A DNA stretch of 64,000 bases from Macrostomum lignano. Taxonomy: Eukaryota. The stretch covers positions 1-64,000 of the forward strand of contig NIVC01001045.1 in NCBI GenBank assembly GCA_002269645.1. The letters are read 5' to 3'. The translations under genes were made by a program, and so were the position numbers. Shown piece after piece: positions 13,328-23,980 of the stretch; the stretch's first letter is position 1, and each line of letters opens with the position of its first letter. The notes under the pieces were generated by a model that was not told the origin of the DNA, did not search any database, and saw nothing but the letters and a program-made list of their open reading frames with translations.

Positions 13328-13394
<67 letters not shown>

Positions 13395-13478
13395 TCTGTC
13401 TATCTATCTATCTGTCTATCTATCTATCTATCTGTCTATCTATCTATCTATCTATCTGTCTATCTATCTATCTATCTG

Positions 13479-13517
<39 letters not shown>

Positions 13518-16500
13518 GTCTGTCTGTCTATCTATCTATCTGTCTATCTGTCTATCTATCTATCTATCTTCTATTATCTATCTGTATATCTATTTAGCTC
13601 ATACATGCGCAACCTCCAAAATTCGGTCGGCCGTGCGACTTAGTTTTAACAAAAAATGCGACGTAGTTTTTGGCTAAAAATGCGACTTACATGTAAAAAA
13701 AACCCTAAAGCAAAATTACCGCAACTTTGGGTAAACGGCAGGAGTAACTATGACTGTCTTATTAAGCTAAAATGCCTCGTCAGCTACTTAGTACTACTGC
13801 TTGGGTGTTTTTTCGGGTGGCCATTTTTGCGACTTCTTTGGTTGGCCGCCAAATCGGTCGGCCGGATCGGCCGACTCGGCCGACTGTTGCGCATGTATGA
13901 TTTAGCTAGCTATTTATCCAATACCCAATTAAATTTAAACCCAAGGTGGACGTTGTCTGCCAGTCGCTGGGCTCCGCATTTCCCGAGCTAAATCGCGACC
14001 CGGACACGGTGCGCGAGATCATCGCCGAGGAGGAGGCGCAGTTCCTCAAGACGCTCCGCCGGGGCCAGCGAGTGCTGGAGCGCACCCTGGCCAAGGTGCC
14101 AGCAGGTCAGCCTGTGCCTGGCGACGTTGTGTGGCGCCTGTACGACACCTACGGCTTTCCCACTGACCTGACCAAGCTCATGGCAGAGGAGCGCGGCCTG
14201 GCTATTGACGAGACCGGCTTCGAGGCCGCCAAGGAGGCTTCGCTGTTGGCCTCGCAGGCCGCCGGCGGCGGTGTCGGCGTCTCGGTTGATCTGGACGTTC
14301 ACGCACTGGCCGAGCTCAAGGACGGCATGGCCATCGCTCAGACTGACGATTCACCTAAGCTGACCTACACAACCGACAGTGACGGAGTCTACGCCTATCC
14401 AAATCGGATTAGCGCCACTATTAAAGCTATTCGCTATCGTCAGGCCTTTGTGGACTCGGTCCCATCCGGTGTCGAGTGCGGATTCGTACTGGACCGGACC
14501 TGCTTCTACGCTGAGCAGGGCGGCCAGATATTCGACGAAGGCGTGATGACTAAGACTGGCGAAGGTGCCGGCGACGATGCGGCCGAGTTTATGGTTAAGA
14601 ATTGTCAGGTAAATTTTTAATTAACAACCCTGATTTTTAATTAACAATCAGGTAATATTCAGTACTGTAGACTGTTGGGTTTTTAGCCCAGTGGTTAGAG
14701 CATCCGACCCACAATTGGAAGGTCGGGGGTTCGAATCTTCGACCCACTCTGAACAATTTACTCTGCATTGCTTCAGTTCACCCAGCTGTAAAATGGGTGC
14801 CAGCTGGGGTAATTGAAGGTGTGTGGCGACCCCCCCCCCAGTCATTGGACTGAACAGTCGTACGCAGCCTTCAGCCGTACACGCAGTAGCTGCGGCTGAG
14901 CTGTCGGTTGCACATCTAACCCAATTAGTGCAGGTGAAAACCAATTATTATTAGGTTAAGTAGAATTGACATTGATTCGTGCACGTTTATTCTGGTTAAT
15001 TATTTGGCTGGGAAATAAAACAAATTAATGAACAGCTCGCGTAGGTTAAGCTGAGTTTGCTTTGGTTAGTACGCATTCAGCGCAAAGTTGATTTTTAAGA
15101 ATTTGCTAGTTATAAAAAATTAATAATTAATTAAGCAGGCTTTATTAGCATTGTAAAAGTTAAGCAGAGTTTACCGCGGTTAGTGCGCAATAACTAAATA
15201 TTTTATTCAATCTATAACTAAGTATGCATTTATTATCATTGTTGTTACAATTAATTCCCAGGTACGCGGTGGCTACGTTATTCACGTTGGCACAACCGAA
15301 GGCGAATTCAAAGTTGGCGACGAACTAATTCTCTCTGTTGATATGCAACGGCGCAAACCGGTGATGCAGAATCATACGGGTACTCACGTGCTGAACTACG
15401 CTCTACGCCAGGTGCTCGGAGTTGATGCCGATCAGAAAGGCTCTCTAGTTGCCCCTGATCGGCTGCGATTTGATTTCGCTTGCAAAGCCGCCATGACTCA
15501 GGAGCAGATTGGCCAGGTTGAGAATATTGTTAACGAGGTTGTAAGCAAACGGCAGCCTGTCTATGCTGCTATGGCTTCGCTGGCTGAGGCTAAAGCTGTT
15601 CAGGTATGGCGGGTTTGCTATGAAGAATTAAGATCCCTAATCCCATGTTTGGGATCCCTAATCCCATATTTTAAATCTCTAATCCCATTTTTGAGATCCC
15701 TAATCCCATATTTGAGATCCCTAATCCCATATTTGAGATCCGCAATCCCATATTTGAAATCAGCAATCCCATATTTGAGATCCCTAATCCCATATTTGAG
15801 ATCCGCAATCCCATATTTGAAATCAGCAATCCCATATTTGAGATCCGCAATCCCATATTTAAAATCTCTAATCCCATATTTGAGATCCCCAATCCCATAT
15901 TTAAAATCTCTAATCCCATATTTGAGATCCCTAATCCCATATTTGAGATACACAATCTCATATTTGAGATCCGCAATCCCATATTTTAGATACGCAATCC
16001 CATATTTGAGATCCGCAATCCCATATTTGAGATCCGCAATCCCATACTTGAAATCCCCAATCCCATATCTGAGATCCCTAATCCCATATTTGGGATGCAT
16101 GCTCAATCCCATATTTGAGATGCATGCTCAAGCCCATATTTGAGATCCCTCAATCCCATATTTGAGATCCTAAGTCCCAGGTTTGAGATCCCAAATGCCG
16201 TACTCGTATTTAATATCCTCGATGCCATATTTGGTATCCTCAAATATAATGTTTAATAATGTTTAATAATATTTCCCAATCGTCTACCCCACTTTGCTAG
16301 GGTCTTCGCGCCGTATTTGGAGAAGTCTACCCGGATCCAGTTCGCGTTGTCAGCGTTGGCGTCGAGGTCGACAAACTGTTGGCAGATCCCAACGGTCCGG
16401 CCGGCTCTTCAACTTCTGTCGAGTTCTGCGGCGGCACCCATTTGCACAATGCTGGACACATTGGCCAGATGGCCATCATCTCCGAAGAGGCCATCGCTAA

Positions 16501-18888
16501 GGGTATTCGACGGATTGTAGCCGTTACTGGCACAGAGGCGTCTCGGTGAGTTGACTGGCACGTGACCAAATTCCGATATTCCCAGATTCTCAAAACAGGA
16601 CGTCGGTACTACCAAATCCTTAATTTGGGATGCCAATATTCCCAGATCCTCAAATTGGAATGCCAATACTCCGAGATCCTCAAATGGGATGCCAATACTC
16701 CCAGATCCTCAAATTGGGATGCAATACTCCCAGATCCTCAAATTTGGATGCCAATGCTCCCAGATCCTCAAATTGGGATTCCATACTCCCAGATCCTCAA
16801 ATTGGGATGCCAATGCTCCCAGATCCTCAAATTGGGATTCCATACTCCCAGATCCTCAAATTGGGATGCCAATGCTCCCAGATCCTCAAATTGGGATGAC
16901 AATACTCCCAGATCCTCAAATTGGGATGCCAATACTCCCAGATCCGCAAATTAGGATGCCATTACTCCCAGATCCTCAAATTGGGATTCCATACTCCCAG
17001 ATCCTCAAATTGGGATGCCCATTCTCCCAGATCCTCAAATTGGGATGCCAATGCTCCCACATCCTCAAATTGGGATGCCAATACTCCCAGATCCTCAAAT
17101 TGGGATGCCATCACTCCTTGATCATCAAATTGGGATTCCATACTCCCAGATCCTTAAATTGGGATTCCATACTCCCAGATCCTCAAATTGGGATTCCATA
17201 CTCCCAGATCCTGAAATTGAGATTCCATACTCCCAGATCCTCAAATTGGGATTCCATACTCCCAGATCCCAGATTACACATAATGCCTTGTATTTTACAA
17301 CAAATTTCCAATAAAAAACAACTCAACAGAGCCCGACATTCTGCCGACCTGCTCGAAGCCGACGTGACCAGCCTAGAAGGTCTGGCGTCAGCTTGCACAG
17401 ACGTAGCGGAGGCGCGCGGCCTCGCCCGTAGAATAGTCGATCTTAGCACCCTAGTCGCCCAGTCCACCACTCCGTCGGTTCGTCGTGAGGCCATGCGTCG
17501 CCGGCTAGCGGACGCTAAGCGCCGACTAGACGATCTGGATCGCAGTAAGAAGGCCGCCCAGGCCAACCAGATGATGGAGGAGGCCAAGCAATTGAGCGCC
17601 AAGGCTGCTTCTGGTGGCGGCGCCAGTCCGCCAGCTTTTCTAGTGCACGCCTTCGATTCTGAGGGCGGAGCTAAAGCGGTTAATACGGCGCTTAAACAGC
17701 TGTCTAAAGACTGCCCGGAGACTGCGTTCCTCTGTCTGAGCGTTGACGCCGCCGCTGGGAAGGTATGGTTCAATTCGAATAGATGGATTCACAGGTTTTT
17801 TTTATTAATAACTAGGCAAATAGATTTAAAGAAAAGACAGGTATAGGTAAGGTTAATATCTGAGTAAATAGATTAATTGTTATCTGAGTGGATAGATTGA
17901 TATCTGAGTAGATAAATTAATATCTGAGTAGATAGATAGATTGATATATGAGTAGATAGATTGATTGATATCTGAGTAGATAGATATTGATATCTGAGTA
18001 GATAGATTATCTGAGTAGATTGATTGATTGATATATGAGTAGATAGATTGATTGATATCTGAGTAGATAGATATTGATATCTGAGTAGATAGATTATCTG
18101 AGTAGATTGATTGATTGATATCTGAGTAGATAGATTATCTGAGTAGATAGATTGATTGATATCTGAGTAGATAGATTATCTGAGTAGATAGATTATCTGA
18201 GTAGATAGATTATCTGAGTAGATAGATTATCTGAGTAGATAGATTGATTGATATCTGAGTAGATAGATTATCTGAGTAGATAGATTATCTGAGTAGATAG
18301 ATTATCTGAGTAGATAGATTATCTGAGTAGATAGATTATCTGAGTAGATAGATTATCTGAGTAGATAGATTATCTGAGTAGATAGATTATCTGAGTAGAT
18401 AGATTATCTGAGTAGATTGATTGATTGATATCTGAGTAGATAGATTATCTGAGTAGATAGATTGATTGATATCTGAGTAGATAATATATCCAGTACTCGT
18501 AGAAAGATTGACATATATGTAGATCATAGGTATCTAGAAATATAGGTTCTCGGATATCTAAAAAAATATATTTTTGAGTATCTGGGTAGACAGGTTCATG
18601 GGTATCTGAATAGATGCACAAATTTATAGAAAAATATATTTAAAAATAATATCCTCAAGCTCACTTCTCTGTCCGTCGCTCTCGCAGGTGGTCTGCCTAG
18701 CCCAGGCTCCCAAATCCGCAATCGATCGCGGCCTGAAAGCTAACGAATGGATCGGCCACGTGTCGCCAGCCATCGACGGTCGCGGCGGCGGTCGAGACAA
18801 TGCCGCCCAGACTGCTGGCGGCAAGGTTGACGGAATCGCCGAGGCCAAAAAATTGGCTGTGGAATTCGCCAAGGCTAAACTGGGCTGA
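4182..18888 (+). CDS. AARS1: Alanyl-tRNA synthetase, cytosolic type; 7 coding exons: 4182-4940, 5521-5811, 13946-14608, 15262-15603, 16301-16545, 17330-17762, 18688-18888
   Basis: All six introns are GT-AG with consistent phases. The joined protein follows eukaryotic AlaRS without large gaps: [81 protein letters not shown], editing-domain HTGTH and EFCGGTH, C-terminal [11 protein letters not shown], then stop at 18886-18888. Confidence 0.97.
5067..5440. repeat. 24-bp minisatellite (CCCTGTAAATACCCTCCATGTCAT)n in AlaRS intron 1
   Basis: Directly visible; gives the 8-aa periodic ORFs at 5041-5313. Confidence 0.95.
5927..13335. repeat. Tandem array of about 27.1 x 273-bp units in AlaRS intron 2, flanked by (TATC)n tracts
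   Basis: 27 identical 63-aa minus-strand ORFs spaced exactly 273 bp apart (5997 to 13095). The array starts and ends with CTCGCTTCGCTCGCTCTTTCTCGCTATCTACTATCTAT. Confidence 0.99.
13336..13570. repeat. (TATC/TGTC)n microsatellite; a shorter (TATC)n tract lies at about 5870-5913
   Basis: Directly visible. Confidence 0.95.
13600..13899. mobile_element. 300-bp hAT-type MITE
   Basis: Perfect 14-bp TIR CATACATGCGCAAC (13600-13613) / GTTGCGCATGTATG (13886-13899), with 8-bp TSD ATTTAGCT at 13592-13599 and 13900-13907. An 8-bp TSD is characteristic of hAT. Confidence 0.9.
14677..14935 (+). mobile_element. tRNA-derived SINE in AlaRS intron 3
   Basis: A-box TAGCCCAGTGGTTAGAGC, anticodon-arm-like TCCGA-CCCACAA-TTGGA and B-box GGTTCGAATC, but acceptor and T stems are broken. 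The head is followed by a body with TTCACCCAGCTGTAAAATGGGT, which resembles a conserved SINE central domain (from memory, unverified). Confidence 0.7.
15629..16190. repeat. 21-bp minisatellite (ATCCCATATTTGAGATCCCTA and variants) in AlaRS intron 4
   Basis: Directly visible; 7-aa periodic read-through LRSLIPY. Confidence 0.95.
16575..17270. repeat. 29/30-bp minisatellite (ACTCCCAGATCCTCAAATTGGGATGCCAAT) in AlaRS intron 5
   Basis: Directly visible. Confidence 0.95.
17855..18490. repeat. GATA-derived compound repeat (TCTGAGTAGATAGATTA, about 17 bp) in AlaRS intron 6
   Basis: Directly visible. Confidence 0.9.
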
Positions 18889-19068
18889 AACTGTGAATTA
18901 TACAATTCATTGATTAGGTTGCGGGTTGCTAAATTGTTTTCAAGAATTAGCATAGCATTTGCTTTGGTGTCACCTGTGTGTGGATATTTACTGCTGGCTG
19001 TGTGTGTGTCGTTTAAATAGTACATGTATTTGAAAGACAACTAATTTATACTTTATTAACTCTACTAG

Positions 19069-19365
19069 TGTCGCGACTTTCCTAGTCATTTCTTTAGTTC
19101 GCCTTCACTTGTCTCTGTTTGCTGTTTTCTCTCTCTCTCTGTGTCTAGCTCCAGACATTAACTTAGGGGGTTTGAATTGCAGATAATAAAGAGAGAGGTG
19201 GAGTGCACGACTAAATAGAGAGGCGAGAATGGAGAACCAATCAGAAGGCAGCAAGGGAGAGAGAGATAAGAATAACAAGATTGAGCTAGACACAGAGAGA
19301 GAGAGAAAACAGTAAACAGAGACAAGTGAAGGTGAACTAAAGAAATGACTAGGAAAGTCGCGACA
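19069..19365. mobile_element. 297-bp long-TIR MITE with TGT...ACA ends (Ginger-like, tentative)
   Basis: About 83-bp near-perfect inverted repeats (19069-19151 / 19283-19365), ends TGTCGCGAC / GTCGCGACA, 5-bp direct repeat ACTAG on both sides (19064-19068, 19366-19370). Confidence 0.8.
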
Positions 19366-19964
19366 ACTAGCAGCTTAATTTATTTATATTAAGAAATATC
19401 AAGTCCTTAATTAGACGTTAATAGTACATAAAGTTTTTGGTTTATAATTATAGGCCTTGGGATCGCAGATAATAAAACGCCTCAAATTGACTCTTAGGCG
19501 ATTATTTGACGTCATTTCGTCGTTTTAGAGGATCATTTCTTTCCTATTTTACCTGTCTTTTGAGTTTTTGAGTTACCTAAATTCAATTTATATGACTTGA
19601 TATTTCTAATGCTATAAGGAAACTTTATTACTACTGTTAAAATTAAAACAAATCATATCGCTGCTCAAGTTATTGTTATAATTCGAATATTATTAGTATT
19701 ATAATGGTAGGCATAAAATATATTACTAAAATTGAGCAGCAAAAGGATGCAGGTCTAAGCAGAATGCAGTTGCTTAATAACAGCACAATCAAACATTTTA
19801 CTGTATGATTAATTATTTTGCTTTGCTATTTAGTTTAATAACATTATATGCCCGCCAAAAAATCTACCGCTTTTCTGTGCAATTCTGGCCGAAATCAGCA
19901 ATGCTTCCAGAAAAAGAAGCAGCCATCAGCCAGGAATGCAGGATGCAGCTCCATCCGCTGCCCA

Positions 19965-20530
19965 CTGGGCCAGCATCCCAGATCCTCAGTTTCTGGGCCA
20001 GTCTCCCAGATCCTCAGTTGCTTGGCCAGTCTCCCAGATCCTCAGTTGCTTGGCCAGCCTCCCAGATTCTCAGTTGCTTGGCCAGCCTCCCAGATTCTCA
20101 GTTGCTGGGCCAGCCTCCCAGATTCTCAGTTGCTAGACTTCCAGCCTCCCAGCTCCTCAGTTGCTAGACTTCCAGCCTCCCAGCTCCTCAGTTGCTGGGC
20201 CAGCCTCCCAGATCCCCAGTTGCTGGACTTCCAGCCTCCCAGATCCTCAGTTTCTGGGCCAGTCTCCCAGATCCTCAGTTGCTTGGCCAGCCTCCCAGCT
20301 CCTCAGTTGCTTGGCCAGCCTCCCAGCTCCTCAGTTGCTGGGCTAGCCTCCCAGATCCTCAGTTTCTGGGCTAGCCTCACAGATCCTCAGTTTCTGGGCT
20401 AGCCTCCCAGATCCTCAGTTTCTGGGCTAGCCTCACAGATCCTCAGTTTCTGGGCTAGCCTCACAGATCCCCAGTTGCTGGACTTCCAGCCTCCCAACTC
20501 CTCAGTTGCTGGGCCAGCCTCCCAGATCCC
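19965..20530. repeat. 28-bp minisatellite (CCTCCCAGATCCTCAGTTGCTGGGCCAG)
   Basis: Directly visible. Confidence 0.95.
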
Positions 20531-21224
20531 CATTTGTGCATTGGGATGCTTGGAACTAGCTGAGAAAGCATAACTGTCAGAATTTAAGTTGGTGGGTTTC
20601 GGCTGCTTCTTTTTCACTGTTAAGATGATAGGGCGCCTCAATGGATGATTGCGACCAAAATTGGCTCCGCAGAAGCAGACAGAGAAGCAGCCAAAAGTGC
20701 TTCTATTACAGACTCCTTAGAAAAGTTGAATTAATAAAATAGCGTTGCAGCTTTTGTGCCTGTTGCATTACAATAATTCAATATTTATTGCTTTGTTCAC
20801 ACAATCGCACAGGAAGACTTGTAGCGAGCACATCCGTGTGTAGCACTTTACCGTTGACTTTTTTCTGGTTATTTTTTGCCTCGCTTTTTGCCATTTTTCG
20901 CGCGTGTGTTTTGTTGGCCAGTTGTGTTTCCTTTCTGTCTGTCTTCTATTTAATAAGTTCATAATTACAGGACATTTTATTTGCTTGCTAAATTCTTTAG
21001 CTTTCACCTGTGTTCTAATGCTATTTTAATGGCCCGATGAATTAGCGATAATCGAATAATTATAGCTAATTACATAGTAATTCTGATGTGCTATAATTAT
21101 ATATGCGATCAAAAATAAATAATGAACGCGAGTGCAGCCTGTTGCACTCTATTTTGAAAGATGTATAGTTTTTTATTAATTTATTTATCCCTGTAGCTTG
21201 ATATGTAGTGTTGAAAACGCAGCG

Positions 21225-21592
21225 CTCCATCCCAGACCCCTAGTTGCTGGGCTTCCAGCCTCCCAGATTTTTAGTTGCTGGGCCAGCCTCCCAGAGTGTC
21301 AGTTGCTGGGCCAGCCCTCCCAGATCCTCAGTTGCTGGGCCAGTCTCCCAGAGTGTCAGTTGCTGGGCCAGCCTCCCAGAGTGTCAGTTGCTGGGCCAGC
21401 CTCCCAGAGTGTCAGTTGCTGGGCCAGCCTCCCAGAGTGTCAGTTGCTGGGCCAGCCTCCCAGAGTGTCAGTTGCTGGGCCAGCCTCCCAGAGTGTCAGT
21501 TGGTGGGCCAGCCTCCCAGAGTGTCAGTTGGTGGGCCAGCCTCCCAGAGTGTCAGTTGCTGGGCCAGCCTCCCAGAGTGTCAGTTGGTGGGC
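21225..21592. repeat. 28-bp minisatellite (CCTCCCAGAGTGTCAGTTGCTGGGCCAG), sister of the 19965-20530 array
   Basis: Directly visible; the consensus differs from the upstream array only in the central bases. Confidence 0.95.
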
Positions 21593-21808
21593 AATCTTTT
21601 GCATTTGAATGTTTTCTTTATTGTTTATAAAACAATATTTTTCTTCTGCTTTTCATTTCTGTTCTTTTTCGATTTGAAATTAGTAATTATATAATTAGTT
21701 TAGACTAATCTACTAGCTATAGCAATTGTAAGGTCCTAAATAATAAAAAAATATTATTTAAATAACTTAATTTAAAAATAATATTTTGAAGATCATTAAG
21801 CAATCACA

Positions 21809-23531
21809 ATGTCTACTGAGGACAATGCCGCCAAGCAGTTGAGCGATTCTGAGCAGCCATCTGAGCAGCAGCAGCAGCAGCAGCAGGTATCGCCAGGCAA
21901 ACAAGATGAGAATCAACAACAGGCCTCTCCAACAATGCCTGGCGCTAACAATAGCACGGCTGGCCAGCAGCAGAAGCAGTACGCCAACAATTATAACAGC
22001 GGCAACGATCGTCAATTGACCGCTCGCGAACGCGCTCGAATGGAAGAGATCGCCGTGTTGGAGGCTGAACTGGCCGAACTAAACGGAGACGCGTTGCCGA
22101 ACGCTCGCCGATTGCTTGAATTAGAAATCCACCGACTGCGCTGGGGCGTCACGGAAATGGTCGACCTGTTAAACAATCGCCGTTGCAAGATTCGCAGCAA
22201 AGTGCTCATACCGCAGGACCAATTTCCTGGATTTAATTTTGTTGGCAAATTGTTAGGCCAAGGCGGAGCTAGTCTGAGGAAACTGCAGGAGGAGAGCAAC
22301 GTCAAGATGTCCATTCTAGGCGCCGGTTCAATGCGGAACGATCGCAGAGAGCAGGAGTGTCTGGAGACTGGCGAGGCCAAGTATCAGCATTTGAAGCAGA
22401 CCTTGCACCTGCAGATTGACTGCCTGGCCGATCCCCCCGAGGCCTATTATCGGATTGGGCACGCATTGGCCAAGGTGACCAGTCCGCTGGCTGACTCACT
22501 GACTGACTGACCCACTTGACCCACTTGACTGACTCACTGACTGACTCACTGACTGCCTGACTGACTGACTGACTGGCTCACTGACTGACTGACTGGCTCA
22601 CTGACTGACTGACTGACTGACTGACTGACTGACTGACTGACTGCCTGACTGACTGACTGACTGACTGACTGACTGACTGACTGACTGACTGACTGACTGA
22701 CTGACCCACTGCCTGACTCACTGACTGACTGACCCACTGACTGGCTCACTGATTGACCCACTGCTTGGCTCACTGACTGACTGACTCACTAACTGACTCA
22801 CTGACTGACTGTCAAATGCATTGTAAAAATTGCAACTCCATCCCCAGGTAAAGGAGGCCATGACGCCCGACCCGAACGAGCTGGCCAACTTCTACAACAA
22901 CCCGATGGCGCCTCATCCGCACATGCCTCCGCATCACTACGGCCCCGGCGGTTACGGTCCGGCGCATCATCATCCACATCACATGCCGCCGCCACCACTG
23001 CCGCCGCAGCCGCAGCCTCCGATGTCTCATCCGCCACCACCTCATCATCATCCGCATGCTTACACGACTGGCCCGCCGCCACAGCACCACCAGCAGCAGG
23101 TGCCGCCACCGCCGCCTCTGCCGCCGCAGCAGCAGCAACAGCAGGGCGGCCGCAACAACCGCCTAAGTGGTCGTGTTGGCGGCGGACTGGCTGGTTACAA
23201 TCCTCCAATCGGGGCGCAGCAGCCGTCTGGTCAAATGCGCGGCGGCGGTCGCGGCGGCCGCAACAACGGCGGAATGCGCTCGAGCACAGGCGGCAGCGCC
23301 AACGGTCAGCAGCAGCAACAGCAGCTGGCTCCTAACGCCGCAGGCGACGCCGGGCATATTAACAATAGTGAGGGCATTAATAATGGTGGCGGAAATGGCG
23401 CCGGCAAAGCCGGTGGTAGCAACGGTAATTGGCATCGAGGTGCTGCCCCGCGCGGCCAGCAGTATTATCAGCAGCAGCAGCAGCAGCAAGCTCGCGGTGC
23501 CGGCGGCAGCTACACACAGGCTACCGCTTAG
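21809..23531 (+). CDS. KHDRBS: STAR-family KH-domain RNA-binding protein, Sam68/SLM (KHDRBS)-like; exons 21809-22474 and 22848-23531
   Basis: QUA1-like helix pair (LEAELAEL...ARRLLELEIHRL); maxi-KH KVLIPQDQFPGFNFVGKLLGQGG...KMSILGAGSMR...YQHL...EAYYRIGHAL, matching the Sam68 pattern; phase-0 GT-AG intron; Pro/Gln-rich tail with RGG motifs. Confidence 0.9.
22488..22811. repeat. (GACT)n microsatellite filling the STAR-gene intron
   Basis: Directly visible. Confidence 0.95.
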
Positions 23532-23599
23532 AATTATTGACACACAGGGGAAACCTATAATTTTTAGCCTAATAAATCTGTGCGGTCAGCAGTAGACTA

Positions 23600-23980
23600 A
23601 AATATTTTAAGTTTGGACGAGACGAGAGACAAACCTTAGAGGGGGCGCAGCTGCTAGTCTATATACACTAAAAACCTGTATGGTAGGCTGCTAGTGTATA
23701 ATGAGGCCAGGTGACGTATCAGTTGATTAGTTCACTACCTATAGTAAAGAACGACCCCTTAGTGGGGGCACAGGTGCTAGTCTTATATACTAAAAATGAC
23801 TTGTCTCTAAGTGGGTATGTGATCGTCTTCTATACACTAAAACCGTGCATGGTAGCTTTGTGAATCCAGATCACGGATGATTTGATTGATTTACTATGTT
23901 TAAATTTAAAACTATATTCATTCTGAAGAACGACACCTTAAGGGGGGCACAGTTGCTAGTCTAATATACTAAAAAATACA
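23600..23980 (+). mobile_element. Head-to-tail miniature Helitron-like units
   Basis: Three junctions CTAG|TCT(A/T)... at 23657/8, 23780/1 and 23959/60. Each has a C-rich/G-rich hairpin-like segment shortly upstream and an AT-rich TCTATATACACTAAAA-like start downstream. Confidence 0.6.

Noticed and set aside
5927-13335. CRISPR array, or hammerhead ribozyme satellite
   Set aside because: No unique spacers and no cas genes in a eukaryotic context; no CUGAUGA/GAAA hammerhead core seen on either strand. The same lack of spacers applies to all other minisatellites here.
14677-14750. Functional tRNA-Val(CAC)
   Set aside because: Acceptor stem out of register, T-stem mismatched and anticodon loop lacks U33; it continues into a SINE-like body.
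16689-17846. 385-aa ORF as a standalone protein
   Set aside because: Chance read-through of intron-5 minisatellite into AlaRS exon 6 and on into intron 6.
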